DNA from: Dehalococcoidia bacterium
GTDB lineage: Bacteria > Chloroflexota > Dehalococcoidia > Lucifugimonadales > UBA3495
Direction: 5' to 3'
DNA length: 64,000 bases
NCBI GenBank assembly: GCA_965221385.1
Contig: OZ244885.1
Span: 2,325,314-2,389,313 of the forward strand
Position 1 is the stretch's first letter. Each line of letters starts with the position of its first letter. The notes beneath the pieces are model-generated. The model did no database searches, was not told where the DNA came from, and saw only the letters and a program-made list of their open reading frames with translations. This document shows, in pieces, positions 10,258 through 20,291 of the stretch. The position numbers and the translations under genes were made by a program.

Positions 10258-11309
10258 AGTTTGTACCTTCCTGCCAGTCCCTGGGGACGAAATACCATCA
10301 GCGCCACCAATAACAGGCCCAACACCACCTGCCGGGCCTGCCCCACGTATTCCGAGGGCAGGAAGGGCAGGAAGCGCATCCCCTCTTCCAGCAGCACGAA
10401 GGCCAGCGCGCCCAGCAGGGAACCCCAGATGGTTGCCAGGCCGCCCAGGATGACGATGGACACCAACAGCACCGATTCCAGCAGGATGAAGGAGTTGGGG
10501 TCGATGTAGGCGCTCCAACTGGCGAACATGGCGCCGGCCAGGCCTGCCATCATGGCCGAGATTACCCAAACCGCCAGCTTGTAGTACGTGGCGTTGTACC
10601 CGAAAACCTCCGCCGCCTGTTCGTCCTCCCGGATCGCCGTAAGTATTCGGCCAAAGGAGGAGGTTACGATGAACCAGGATATGCCCACCACCAGGGCCAG
10701 CAGGACCAGGGCCAGCAGCATCAGTTCCAGTTCCGAATCCAATACCCAGCTGCCAATTTGGGGCCGGGCAATGTCGTGGATGCCAAAGGCGCCCCGGGTC
10801 AGTACTCTCAGGTTCAGGAAGACGTTGAAGGCAATGATGGCAAAACCAAAGGAGACCAGCACATAGATGTCGCCCCGAAACCGGTTGAAGGCCAGCCCCA
10901 CCAGCAGGGCCACCACCCCGGCGGCGATGGCAGCCAGGGGCAGCGCGGCGAAGAAGGGCAGTTCAAAGGTGGGTATGGCCCCGGTGCGCAGGTTTTCATA
11001 AGATGTGGTTGACGTGAGAATGGCCACAGTGTATGCCCCCACCCCAAAGAAGCCAATATGTCCGATGGACAGGAGTCCGGTGTAGCCAACCACCAGGTTC
11101 AGGCTGACGGACAGCATGGCCCAGATGGCGAATACGGCGCCCAATGTGACGGCGAAGGTGGTCCCCTTCCAGAGCATGAAAACCACCGCGACCGCAATTA
11201 TGATCAGGTTGGCCCACCAGCCCAGGTTGCCCCGGAACAGGCCGGCGCCTTCGTCGGGGTTGGGCCGGACGATTCCCGTCCGCCGCAACAGTTTCATCGC
11301 TCCGAACAT
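10254..11309 (-). CDS. livM: Branched-chain amino-acid ABC transporter permease
   Basis: 351-aa polytopic ORF with the LivM-type GYTGLLSIGHIGFFGVGAY motif. It sits between livH and livG. Confidence 0.85.
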   Translation of the reverse strand: MFGAMKLLRRTGIVRPNPDEGAGLFRGNLGWWANLIIIAVAVVFMLWKGTTFAVTLGAVFAIWAMLSVSLNLVVGYTGLLSIGHIGFFGVGAYTVAILTSTTSYENLRTGAIPTFELPFFAALPLAAIAAGVVALLVGLAFNRFRGDIYVLVSFGFAIIAFNVFLNLRVLTRGAFGIHDIARPQIGSWVLDSELELMLLALVLLALVVGISWFIVTSSFGRILTAIREDEQAAEVFGYNATYYKLAVWVISAMMAGLAGAMFASWSAYIDPNSFILLESVLLVSIVILGGLATIWGSLLGALAFVLLEEGMRFLPFLPSEYVGQARQVVLGLLLVALMVFRPQGLAGRYKL

Positions 11310-11312
11310 AAT

Positions 11313-12662
11313 CTATTTCCTCGGCAGCAGGCCCCGGGGCCACAGGGACAGGAACAGGATGAGCAGCAGGAAGGCGACCACATCCTTCCACTCGCCGGCC
11401 AGGTCCCAGATGGCAAATTGCTCTATGACGCCCAGGAGGAACCCTCCCACGATGGCGCCGTAGAGGTTGCCAATTCCGCCTACCACCGATGCAATCCAGC
11501 CCTTGAGCAGCAGCAACAGGCCCATGCGGGGTTGAATTGCCGTGTCGTGGCCGCTGAGAATGCCGGCCAGGGCCGCCAGCGACGCCCCCACGAAGAAGAC
11601 AATGGCCACTATGACCGTTGTGTTGATGCCCACCACCCGGGCCACTTCCTCGTCGTCGCCGATGGCCCGCACTGACCGCCCGAAGGCAGTCCATTTCAGT
11701 ACTGCCAGGAGGCCTAGGAAAACGACGATGGCCGCGCCGATGACGAAGAAATTGAACCCCTTGATGTTTGCGCCCCCGATGGTCCAGGGAACGCTGCCGA
11801 AGGGGTCGGGAAGGGGGCGTGGCGCGCTCTGAAACACTATGGAAATCAGGGCCGCGATGGCCAGCAGGATGCCCAGGGATGCCACCAGCATTATCAGCGG
11901 GGAACGGGACCTCTGCCGCAGATTGTAGTAGAGACCCCGGTACAGGGCCAGCCCAACCGAGCTTGCCAACAGGCATGACAGTAGCCAACTGAGGTAGAGC
12001 TTGCTTCCCGGTGAACCTACAGTCACAGCGCCCAGGGCCAGGGCAACCAGGACGCCTGCCAGGAGGGAAGCGGCGGCAATGAGCCGCCCTCGCCGGTCTC
12101 CCGCCGCGTTTGAAAGCAGGAAATTCAGCAGCCAAGCCGTTGCGATTCCGGCCAGGGCCGCTGCCAATGGGCCGAATAGAAGGTGCAATTCTGTTGGGAA
12201 GGTCAGAAGCACTGCCGTGTAGGCGCCGGCGACCAGGGCCAAACAGCCGCCGCCAATCCGCAGCGCCGTGAGGCTGACCCGACCACGCAGCCGGCCATAG
12301 AGGGCGGTGTGGAGCGCCCACGCCACCACGCCGGCCACCACGATGGCAAACACCAAGTTCAATATTGGGGTGTTGACCTGGTATTGGCCGCCCAGCCATT
12401 CCTGGGAGCGGAGGTAGAAGACGCCGTAGGCGCCCAGGCCGGCGGCGGCTCCGTAGTACATGTCCAGGAACCAGACGGTGCTGTAGACGAGGGTAAAACC
12501 GATGGCCATCAGCGCGTAGATGGCTCCTACGGAAAGGCCGTTGAAACCGAACTGTAAAGCCTGTTCCGGAGAGGTCAGCCCGCGCCAACCGATGTAGGCC
12601 AGAACCACAACGATGAGCAAGACGGCCACCAGCTTGTCGGTCCTGGCAAACTCTCTGAGCAA
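11313..12662 (-). CDS. livH: Branched-chain amino-acid ABC transporter permease (long form)
   Basis: 449 aa. LivH-type motifs GLSVGAIYALMAIGFTLVY and GGIGNLYGAIVGG. It is longer than usual because of an internal hydrophobic insertion. Confidence 0.8.
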   Translation of the reverse strand: MLREFARTDKLVAVLLIVVVLAYIGWRGLTSPEQALQFGFNGLSVGAIYALMAIGFTLVYSTVWFLDMYYGAAAGLGAYGVFYLRSQEWLGGQYQVNTPILNLVFAIVVAGVVAWALHTALYGRLRGRVSLTALRIGGGCLALVAGAYTAVLLTFPTELHLLFGPLAAALAGIATAWLLNFLLSNAAGDRRGRLIAAASLLAGVLVALALGAVTVGSPGSKLYLSWLLSCLLASSVGLALYRGLYYNLRQRSRSPLIMLVASLGILLAIAALISIVFQSAPRPLPDPFGSVPWTIGGANIKGFNFFVIGAAIVVFLGLLAVLKWTAFGRSVRAIGDDEEVARVVGINTTVIVAIVFFVGASLAALAGILSGHDTAIQPRMGLLLLLKGWIASVVGGIGNLYGAIVGGFLLGVIEQFAIWDLAGEWKDVVAFLLLILFLSLWPRGLLPRK

Positions 12663-12897
12663 AAGTCTTCTCCCACGCCAACCATATTGAACTGATGGAC
12701 AGAGACGGGGCTAATGGGTAAAGCTACTGAACGGAGTTTCTGGCATGGCGTCCTGGCGTCTGGCGCATTCGGGATTAACCGGAAGTGGTTAACATCTGCT
12801 GCCACTCACTGCGACACAGGTATCGATACCGGCGGTACCGATGCCGCCACCAATCTGGCCGCTACACAACAATCGGGCGCTCTTGCCGAGACACCCA

Positions 12898-12936
12898 GGG
12901 AGGGAGACCAGCCAGTGAAATGCCGACCTCCCTCCC
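12898..12936 (-). promoter_or_regulatory. Intercistronic stem-loop between the binding-protein gene and livH
   Basis: GGGAGGGAG (12898-12906) / CTCCCTCCC (12928-12936): 9-bp stem with a 21-nt loop. It lies 33 nt past the stop at 12969. There is no clear U-run. Confidence 0.4.
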
Positions 12937-12968
12937 CGTTGCGGTTCCGTTGAGCAAAGCGGTTGCGG

Positions 12969-14159
12969 CTATTGGGTGGGGGCGGAACCCAAGACGAGAT
13001 AACCGTTGTTCTCGGGAGTGCGTTCAGCCACAGGCAACACCTCGATGACGGAGTTGGAGAGGCCTACCACCTCGCCCTTCTCGTCAAAGCTGTATCCCTC
13101 GCCGATGGCCCCGCTCCAGGTGATGTTGTGGAGGCAGTCGCGGAACCCGTCCACGTCCTGGTCATCGCCGGTCTGCTTCAGGCACTCGGCGGCAATGTAA
13201 ACCGTATCGTAGCCCGAACCCAGGAACCAGGGGAGGGTCACGTAGCCATACCGGGAACGGAAGTTATCCAGAAACTCCCGCCCCTTTGCCGTATCCAGGT
13301 CTGGGCTGGGAATGATGCCCTTCAATCCGGTGGCATGGTCACCGGCAATTTCCAAGGCGGTGGTGCCGGTGGAGACGGCTTCGGCGTAGAAGGCGCCGTC
13401 GTATCCCAGTTCCCGAGCCTGCTTGACGATGGTACCGCCGGCAAATTCCGTTTGGGCGGCCAGCAACACGGCGTCAGGATTGGCGGCGAAGAGCTTGGTC
13501 AACCGGGTGCGGAAGTCGGTCTCGTCGGAACCGTACTTTTCCTCCCCAACCAGTTGGCCCCCAAGCTTCACGAACTGTTCCACGCTGGTTCTCTGGACGC
13601 CTTCGGCGTAGTCGGTGTTCTCGTTGATGGTAGCCAGGGTGCGGATGCCGTCTGCCCACATGGTGTTGCCGGCGTCCACGCCCAGGTTGGCGTCGTTGAT
13701 GGCGGTTCGGTAGATATACTCTCCCGCGTCCTCCAGGTCCGGACTGGTGGCGGAAGCTGAGAAGAGAACCACGCCATCCGCTTCGGCCAGGGGCGCGGCC
13801 CCCAGCATGGCCCCGCTGCAAGAAGTCCCCAGGATGATCTTTACCCCATCCACGTCGGTCAGCTTGTTATAGGCGGTGATGGCGTCCTGGGCCCCGCACT
13901 TGGAGTCTTCAACTACCAGTTCCAGGTTTTTGCCATTGATGCCCCCGGCGGCGTTAATTTCCGCTGCGGCCATCTCCTTTGCCTGGTTTATTACCGTTCC
14001 GTAGGTTTCGCCGGGGCCGGTGAGGGATTCCATGACCCCAATCCTGAAGGTGTCGTCCCCGCTTTCGGCTGGGGCGCAGGCCATGCTGACCAGGGCGAGC
14101 ATACCCATAATTCCCACCAGGCAAACGAGGGATCCCCTACGCAGTTTCTTTACATTCAT
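12969..14159 (-). CDS. Branched-chain amino-acid ABC transporter substrate-binding lipoprotein
   Basis: Start moved to ATG 14159, which has GGAGGAG upstream. Lipobox LVSMAC. Type I PBP motifs FRIGVMESLTGPGETYG and INAAGGINGKNLELVVEDSKC. Confidence 0.85.
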   Translation of the reverse strand: MNVKKLRRGSLVCLVGIMGMLALVSMACAPAESGDDTFRIGVMESLTGPGETYGTVINQAKEMAAAEINAAGGINGKNLELVVEDSKCGAQDAITAYNKLTDVDGVKIILGTSCSGAMLGAAPLAEADGVVLFSASATSPDLEDAGEYIYRTAINDANLGVDAGNTMWADGIRTLATINENTDYAEGVQRTSVEQFVKLGGQLVGEEKYGSDETDFRTRLTKLFAANPDAVLLAAQTEFAGGTIVKQARELGYDGAFYAEAVSTGTTALEIAGDHATGLKGIIPSPDLDTAKGREFLDNFRSRYGYVTLPWFLGSGYDTVYIAAECLKQTGDDQDVDGFRDCLHNITWSGAIGEGYSFDEKGEVVGLSNSVIEVLPVAERTPENNGYLVLGSAPTQ

Positions 14160-14348
14160 GGGTTTCCGAACTCCTCCTTCCATCGGCCCAGTTCAGGCTG
14201 TTGCCAATTATCCTAACACAGGAGTTTTCGCTGGACAAAAGAGACTTATCGTACTGGAGCGCGATGGCGATGGAGGATTCGTCAGTGAGAGTAACTGACC
14301 TAAGACAGTCAATGCCTCGGCCAAGATTGGCGGAGGCCACGATAATCC

Positions 14349-14597
14349 CTATACGACCATGGCGCCTCTGGCGAGGGTTAGCAGTTCCTGGACGGTGACT
14401 TGGGTATCCCGGAGCTTATCCTCGATGGCAATGCGGGCATCCACCCACTTCATGGCTTCCCGAGAGGTACCTACGGTTGCCAGTTCCACCCGTTCGGGCC
14501 TTCGGTCGTAGATGGTGTAACAGATGGAAGGCACGTCCTCGTGAATCACATAGCCCCGGTAGAATATGTTCATACCCTTCGCAATAGTTTCCAACAT
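14349..14597 (-). CDS. Hypothetical small protein (82 aa)
   Basis: Track ORF trimmed to ATG 14597, which has GGGAGG upstream. No family recognised. Confidence 0.4.
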   Translation of the reverse strand: MLETIAKGMNIFYRGYVIHEDVPSICYTIYDRRPERVELATVGTSREAMKWVDARIAIEDKLRDTQVTVQELLTLARGAMVV

Positions 14598-14789
14598 GGC
14601 GCGCCTCCCGGTGCATTTTGTGGAGGAGCCAGGTCTCAACTGGTAGCCCCTCGCTGATATGGGACACATGTTCGGATATTGCGTTCGAAATGTCAACAGG
14701 CAACTGTCATCGAATTTTTTGGCGTTCCTTATTGCCTCCGTCCTGCCGACCTGCCAAGGTGCATCGGGCTGCCAAAACGCAGGGCGGGA

Positions 14790-15800
14790 TTAACGGTGAA
14801 CCATTACGGAAACGGGAGTTAGCCGGCCGGTGACGTTCACACCCCGGCGGACTACCTTGGTGGCTCTTGGTTGGGTCCGGTCGGCAAACTGGATCAATGT
14901 CCCCAGTTCATCCGAAGCAATCGTGTCGCTGGCGGCAATTGCCCGGAATGCGATGGTACACAGCACGAAGGGGCGTTCGATCGTCCTTCTTACGGCGCCG
15001 GCCGCGCAGTCCAGTTCGCCCAGATTGTCGTCCCATTGGAATTCCAGGTGATATTCCAGGGTCTGCCCGGGAGTCAGGGATAGGGCCTGCAGCCGGGCCG
15101 GGTCAAAGTCCAGGTACACTTGGGCAGCGTCAACGGGCCGACCGGGGCCGGCCTCCACCACCACCTGCACTTGGAATTCGCTGCCTCGGCTCATTTCTGC
15201 GGCGTCCGTTGTCAGGGTAATAGGGACTCGGGAACGCGCCGGGTAACCGGGCGTGGGGGTTGCTGATCCGTGGCCAACTGAACCCGGGGTTACGCCCGGC
15301 GCTGTGGGGACGCCGGCGCCATCAGTTCCTGGGGTTGGTGTCGGTAAAAGCCCTTCCAGAATGCTGGGCGGAGTAGATGCAACGGGCGGAAACCCGGCGG
15401 CCGACGGCGTATCCGTCGGGCTGTCTGGCGTGCCCGGTATTACTGATTCCCAAGTTGGGCCAGGTGTAGAACTGGCCGGGGTTGGCGTAGCCGTGAGCTC
15501 TAAGGCCGCAGTGTCAGGCCCGTCAATACCCCTTCCGACCGGCGGCGTAGTCGAAACGAGCCGGGCACTGTTGGACGGCAACCCTTGCTCCCCTTCCGGT
15601 ACCCTGGGCGGTGTGGTCGGGGATAGCCCAGCAGGACCGGTCGTGCCCGAACCTGGCGAGCCGGACGGCTCGACCGTTGGCCCAGGACCGCAGCCCACCA
15701 GGAATAGGCAAACCATCAATGCCGCCAGGAGAAGATTGGGAAGGCAAAATGCTGCCGTTCCCCCTCCATCGCCTTGGGACGGGGTGGTATTGGCGCCCAC
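14790..15800 (-). CDS. Lipoprotein with Pro/Thr-rich linker and cohesin-like C-terminal domain
   Basis: GTG start. Lipobox LFLVGC, then about 170 aa of P/T/G/S-rich linker. The C-terminus FQVQVVVEAG..AAQVYLDFDPARLQALSLTPG resembles cohesin-domain signatures. The start is uncertain. Confidence 0.55.
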   Translation of the reverse strand: MGANTTPSQGDGGGTAAFCLPNLLLAALMVCLFLVGCGPGPTVEPSGSPGSGTTGPAGLSPTTPPRVPEGEQGLPSNSARLVSTTPPVGRGIDGPDTAALELTATPTPASSTPGPTWESVIPGTPDSPTDTPSAAGFPPVASTPPSILEGLLPTPTPGTDGAGVPTAPGVTPGSVGHGSATPTPGYPARSRVPITLTTDAAEMSRGSEFQVQVVVEAGPGRPVDAAQVYLDFDPARLQALSLTPGQTLEYHLEFQWDDNLGELDCAAGAVRRTIERPFVLCTIAFRAIAASDTIASDELGTLIQFADRTQPRATKVVRRGVNVTGRLTPVSVMVHR

Positions 15801-15823
15801 TAGGGAGGGGAGCAGTAGGGTGG

Positions 15824-17083
15824 TTACGGGGAACCGGATTCGAGGGATTGGAGGAACTCCGACATGGGTATGGTTTGCTGGGAGGAGGTGGCCATGTCTC
15901 GCACCACGACCTCGCCCCGGCTGATTTCATCGTCGCCCAGGATGACCACGTGGGCGATTCCCAGGGCATTGGCCTGGCGCATCTGACCGCGCAGGGCCCG
16001 GGAACCGCTGCTTAGGATGGCCCCCACTCCAGCCCGGCGAATGCGGGAGGCCAACTCCAGCGCTGGCCCTCGCGCCGCCTCCCCCACGTTGGCCACCAGG
16101 TAGGACGGCGACGGTTCGTCGGGAACCTCGATGCCGCTGCTCTTCAGGTTCAGGGTCAGCCGCTCCAATCCCGACCCGAACCCGATGCCCGGGGTGGGAC
16201 GACCTCCCAACTGTTCGATGAGACCGTCGTAGCGGCCGCCGCCGCAGATGGTGGACTGGGCGCCGGCCTCCACCGGCTGTATTTCAAACACGGTGCGCGT
16301 GTAGTAATCCAGCCCCCGCACCAGCCGATGGTCTATCTCATAGGGAATCTCCATGGCCGACAGGTATTCCCGCAGCTTGTTCCAGTGGTCGAGGCTCTCC
16401 GGGTCCAGGTGGTCCACCGACTTGGGGGCCGCTTCCCCGATGGTCCGGCAGCTTTCAACCTTGCAGTCCAGCAGCCGCAACGGGTTGCGTTCCAGGCGAT
16501 TCCGGCAGTCGCCGCAAAGGTCATCGTACCGGCCAGCGTAGTAATCCCGGAGGCCAGCAACGTAGCGGGGACGGCTTTCCCGGTCGCCAATGCTGTTGAT
16601 GAAGAGGCGGATGTCGGTGAGGCCCAGGGAGTGCATCAGCCGCCAGGCCAGTTCAATAACCTCGGCGTCCACGGCGGGATTGGCGTCGCCCAGCACCTCA
16701 ACGCCGAACTGGTGGTGCTGCCGGAACCGGCCAGCCTGGGGTCGCTCGTAGCGAAATACGGGACAGAAATAGTACATCCGCACCGGCTGGGGCAGATTGT
16801 GCATCCCATGTTCCAGGTAGGCGCGACAGACGGGCGCGGTGCCCTCGGGACGGAGGGTAACCAGGTCGCCCCCCCGATCCTCGAAGGTGTACATTTCCTT
16901 CTCTACGATGTCGGTGCCCTCGCCCACCGAACGAACAAACAGCCCGGCATCCTCGAAAACCGGACTGTCTATGCGGCCATAGCCGTAGCTGCGGGCCAGC
17001 GCCACAGCCTTGGATTCGATGTACCGGCGGTATTTCTGCTCTTCAGGAAGCAGGTCTGCGGTGCCTCTGGGGGCCTGAAACAA
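15824..17083 (-). CDS. hisS: Histidine--tRNA ligase
   Basis: 419 aa. TTG start at 17083 with ACGGAG upstream. The N-terminus reads FQAPRGTADLLP. Motif 2 is FRYERPQAGRFRQHHQ. Class II motif 3 is GGGRYD. Confidence 0.92.
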   Translation of the reverse strand: MFQAPRGTADLLPEEQKYRRYIESKAVALARSYGYGRIDSPVFEDAGLFVRSVGEGTDIVEKEMYTFEDRGGDLVTLRPEGTAPVCRAYLEHGMHNLPQPVRMYYFCPVFRYERPQAGRFRQHHQFGVEVLGDANPAVDAEVIELAWRLMHSLGLTDIRLFINSIGDRESRPRYVAGLRDYYAGRYDDLCGDCRNRLERNPLRLLDCKVESCRTIGEAAPKSVDHLDPESLDHWNKLREYLSAMEIPYEIDHRLVRGLDYYTRTVFEIQPVEAGAQSTICGGGRYDGLIEQLGGRPTPGIGFGSGLERLTLNLKSSGIEVPDEPSPSYLVANVGEAARGPALELASRIRRAGVGAILSSGSRALRGQMRQANALGIAHVVILGDDEISRGEVVVRDMATSSQQTIPMSEFLQSLESGSP

Positions 17084-17556
17084 TGATGCGCTCCGTAAAT
17101 CCGATGGGGGATGATTTTCAATCGACTGGGGCCCTTCTACGTGACGGCAATAATAGCAAATCCAAATCCAAATTGCGACAAGCGGGACCCTGCCGACAAC
17201 CCTTCAGCGCTAAAGTCGAGATGGGGGTGAAACGGAAACAGCGGTGGCAGGGTGATGGGCGACAGCGATTCCTAACCGGTTCACCCCGTCCGTCCCGCTC
17301 TACCGGTACCGGTGGCAGCCGTTCCCGGCCGGTGGTTGCGGCGGCGGGAAGCGGCGTCGATTATCACCTGCAGGGCCTTGCGGTTGCTCTTGCGGCGTTG
17401 CTTGTCCCAACGGCGGCTGCGTTTCTGCTCCCTTCTTTCGCCCCTCAGCATCGTGACCCCGGCACCGAAAACGCCGTCTGGTGGACCGTCCCCTGCGCGG
17501 TCAATGTCGTCCCCATTGGAGAGGTGGTTCGGTTGGACCGCATCCGGCGCCGCATC

Positions 17557-18795
17557 CTACACCACGCCCTCTTCCCGCAACTGGGCCAATTCTCCCGGGG
17601 TCAGGCCGCCGATGCTGCAGAGAATCTCATCGTTGTTGGCGCCCAGCAGGGGCGGGGCATCCGTCGCCGTATCGGGACACTCCGTAAGGCGAATGGGATT
17701 GTTAACCGTGCGGAATCGCCCGCCCAGGGAGTCGCCGCTCTCCACGAACATCTTGCGGGCCGCCAGGTGGGGGCAACTGTCCAGGTCGGCGGCATCCTGT
17801 ACCACACCCATGGAAAACCCCAACTCGATCAACTTCTGGGCAATCTCCAGCTTGGGTACGTGCTGCGACCATTCCTCTATTGCCGGCACAATCTGGTTGA
17901 AGTAGAACTCGCCGCTGATGCCCTGGCCCAGGTAACGGGGGTCTTCAATCAGCTCATCCCGGCCGATGAGGCGCCACAGGCCCTCCCATTTGCCGCCGCC
18001 CCCGCCGGAGCCGGCCAGGACGGCGTAACCATCGGAGGCCTTCAGGGCCAACTGGGCGGTGATCATGTTCTCCCGGGCGCGGGTGGTTACCTGACCCGTG
18101 GCCTGGTAGAAGGGCATGGTGCTGGTGGTGTGGGCCACCATGCAGTCGTACATTGCCATGTCCAGGTGCTGCCCCCGTCCCGTCTTGCGGCGGCTCTCCA
18201 GGGCCATCATTATTCCCAGGGCAGTCCACACGCCGGGCACCGAATCCCCGATGTTGTCCCCCACCATTTGAGGCGGGCCGTCGGGGGCGCCGGTGATTTC
18301 CATCCAGCCGCCCATGCCCTGCACACAGGGGTTGTTGGCCGGCCAATCGGAGTAGGGCCCTCGCAGACCCTCGCTGTCACCGAAGCCGGTGATGCTGGCG
18401 TAGATCAGGCCGGGGTTGATCTCTCGCAGGTGGTCGTAACCCAAGTTCAGGCGGCGGAGGGCGCCCGGCCCCCAGTTGTCCAGCAGCACGTCCGATTCCC
18501 TGACCAGATTCTCGAAGATTGCCTTGCCCCTGGAATGGCGCAGGTCCAGGGTGATGCTCTTCTTGTTACGGTTGATTGCCAGGAAGCGGGCGCTGACCCG
18601 GCGGCCTTCATCCCCCTCCACGAAAGGCTCGTTCAAACGGGCCCGTTCCCCCACTCCGGTGCGCTCCACCTTGATGACCTCCGCGCCCATGTCGGCCAGT
18701 ATCATGGCGCAGAAGGGGCCGGCTACAATGTGGGTGGCGTCCAGTACCCGGAGCCCCTCCAAAGGACGGGGTGCGGTATCGTTGCTATTGGTCAT
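17557..18795 (-). CDS. CaiB/BaiF family CoA transferase (family III)
   Basis: 412 aa. RVLDATHIVAGPFCAMILADMGAEVIKVE is the typical family III N-terminus. Confidence 0.85.
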   Translation of the reverse strand: MTNSNDTAPRPLEGLRVLDATHIVAGPFCAMILADMGAEVIKVERTGVGERARLNEPFVEGDEGRRVSARFLAINRNKKSITLDLRHSRGKAIFENLVRESDVLLDNWGPGALRRLNLGYDHLREINPGLIYASITGFGDSEGLRGPYSDWPANNPCVQGMGGWMEITGAPDGPPQMVGDNIGDSVPGVWTALGIMMALESRRKTGRGQHLDMAMYDCMVAHTTSTMPFYQATGQVTTRARENMITAQLALKASDGYAVLAGSGGGGGKWEGLWRLIGRDELIEDPRYLGQGISGEFYFNQIVPAIEEWSQHVPKLEIAQKLIELGFSMGVVQDAADLDSCPHLAARKMFVESGDSLGGRFRTVNNPIRLTECPDTATDAPPLLGANNDEILCSIGGLTPGELAQLREEGVV

Positions 18796-18989
18796 GGCAA
18801 ATCCCTCTGTGGCTAAAGCCGGCGTATTGTGGCCCTAATATAAGGCCGGAACCGGCGTGGTGACAATGTTAAGGACAAACCGCTCCGGGCGGCGAATCCA
18901 CCGTCTCAACCCGTACTGTGGCAAACCCGATGGATTCCTGTAGAATTGGTTGCAAGGCTGCCCGTCATTGCGGGCCAGGAGATGGACTT

Positions 18990-19844
18990 ATGACGACGCC
19001 ACAGACGAAGACGATTGATTGCCAGGTTCACTGCTACGAACAGAACCGCCCAGAACGCCCCTGGATTGGTTACCTGCAGGGCCCCGACGAGGTTACCGGG
19101 GACGATATGGTCGCGGCCATGGATGAGGTGGGCGTTGACGGGGCATTGCTGATTTCCCCCTTTTCCATGTACCGGTTTGACGCCAGCTATGCCCTGGAGG
19201 TGTACGAGAAGCATCCCACCCGGTTCGGTCTCATTCGCCCCTTCGACCCTCATTCCGATTCCATTCCCGACGAAATGGCCGAGTGGGTCAGCAATCCCGG
19301 CGTGGTGGGGGCGCGAATCATGCTGACCGCCGAACCCTTCGAGGCCGACCACCCCGGCCTCAACCAGATTCTGGTGGCGGCGGCCGGCACCGGAGTGCCG
19401 GTGAACGTCATGTGCTCCACCAAGCTGGAGCTCTTTGGGGAACTGGCCCGGCGCCATCCTAACACCCAGTTGGTCATCGACCACCTGGGCATACTCCAGC
19501 CCCCGGAACCGCCGGCGCCGCCCGAACCCTTCGCCGACTTGCCGTCGGTGCTGGAACTGGCCAAGCTGGACAATGTGGCCATCAAGATTTCCGGCGCCGG
19601 CACCCTATCCCACCAGCCCTTCCCCTATGCGGACATTTGGGAACCCCTGCGGCAGATTTTCGGTGCCTATGGCCTGGAACGCTGCATGTGGGGCACCGAC
19701 TGGACCAGAGCCACCAAGCTGCTCACCTACCAGCAGGGGGTGGACGCCTTCCGCGTCACCGACCAACTGTCGGACGCCGAACGGGCCGTGCTGATGGGGG
19801 GCACGCTAAGCCGCATCTACAAGTGGGAACCGGGGCAGGGGTAG
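18990..19844 (+). CDS. Amidohydrolase family protein (amidohydrolase_2-like)
   Basis: Start moved to ATG 18990 (AGGAGA SD). IDCQVHCYE metal motif, DHLG, and a WGTDW tail. Confidence 0.8.
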   Translation: MTTPQTKTIDCQVHCYEQNRPERPWIGYLQGPDEVTGDDMVAAMDEVGVDGALLISPFSMYRFDASYALEVYEKHPTRFGLIRPFDPHSDSIPDEMAEWVSNPGVVGARIMLTAEPFEADHPGLNQILVAAAGTGVPVNVMCSTKLELFGELARRHPNTQLVIDHLGILQPPEPPAPPEPFADLPSVLELAKLDNVAIKISGAGTLSHQPFPYADIWEPLRQIFGAYGLERCMWGTDWTRATKLLTYQQGVDAFRVTDQLSDAERAVLMGGTLSRIYKWEPGQG

Positions 19845-19861
19845 GGCCCGGTCCAAAGCCG

Positions 19862-20219
19862 GTCATTCCGAGCGGGAGTCGGGGAATCCCAACGGTACGG
19901 GGGAACCGTCATCGCCCCGGCCAGCCCCCCTGTCTGTCATTCCAAGCGACAACGGAGTCGAGGAATCCCAACGGTACGGGGGAATGGAGTCTCGGGGTAG
20001 GAAACCAGGTTCCCTGCCTACGGTTGGGATTCCTCGACTCCGTTGTCGCTCGGAATGACGGAGAAGGTTGGTTTGGGGTGGGATGGATGGATGACAGGTG
20101 CGGTTGGGGTTCCTCGGCTCCGTTGTTGCTCGGAATGACAACGAAGGTTGATTTGGGGTGGGATGGATGGTTGACGGGTGCGGTTGGGATTCCTCGGCTC
20201 CGTTGTCGCTCGGAATGAC
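19862..20219. repeat. Repeat cluster 2: two forward then three reverse core copies
   Basis: Forward cores at 19862-19893 and 19936-19972. Reverse 37-nt cores at 20023-20059, 20103-20139 and 20183-20219 (period 80). Cores 19936-19972 and 20023-20059 are 36/37 complementary. Confidence 0.85.
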
Positions 20220-20291
20220 AGCGTTCATAACCATGCTTGGCGGACTATTAAGCTTGCGGATGGTACAATTTGACGTGAGGAGGTTTTGTTG

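Noticed and set aside
17224-17287. tRNA-like element (8-bp terminal stem, about 64 nt)
   Set aside because: It has no T-loop GTTCRANNC, no D-loop GG and no anticodon-arm geometry, and it is too short.
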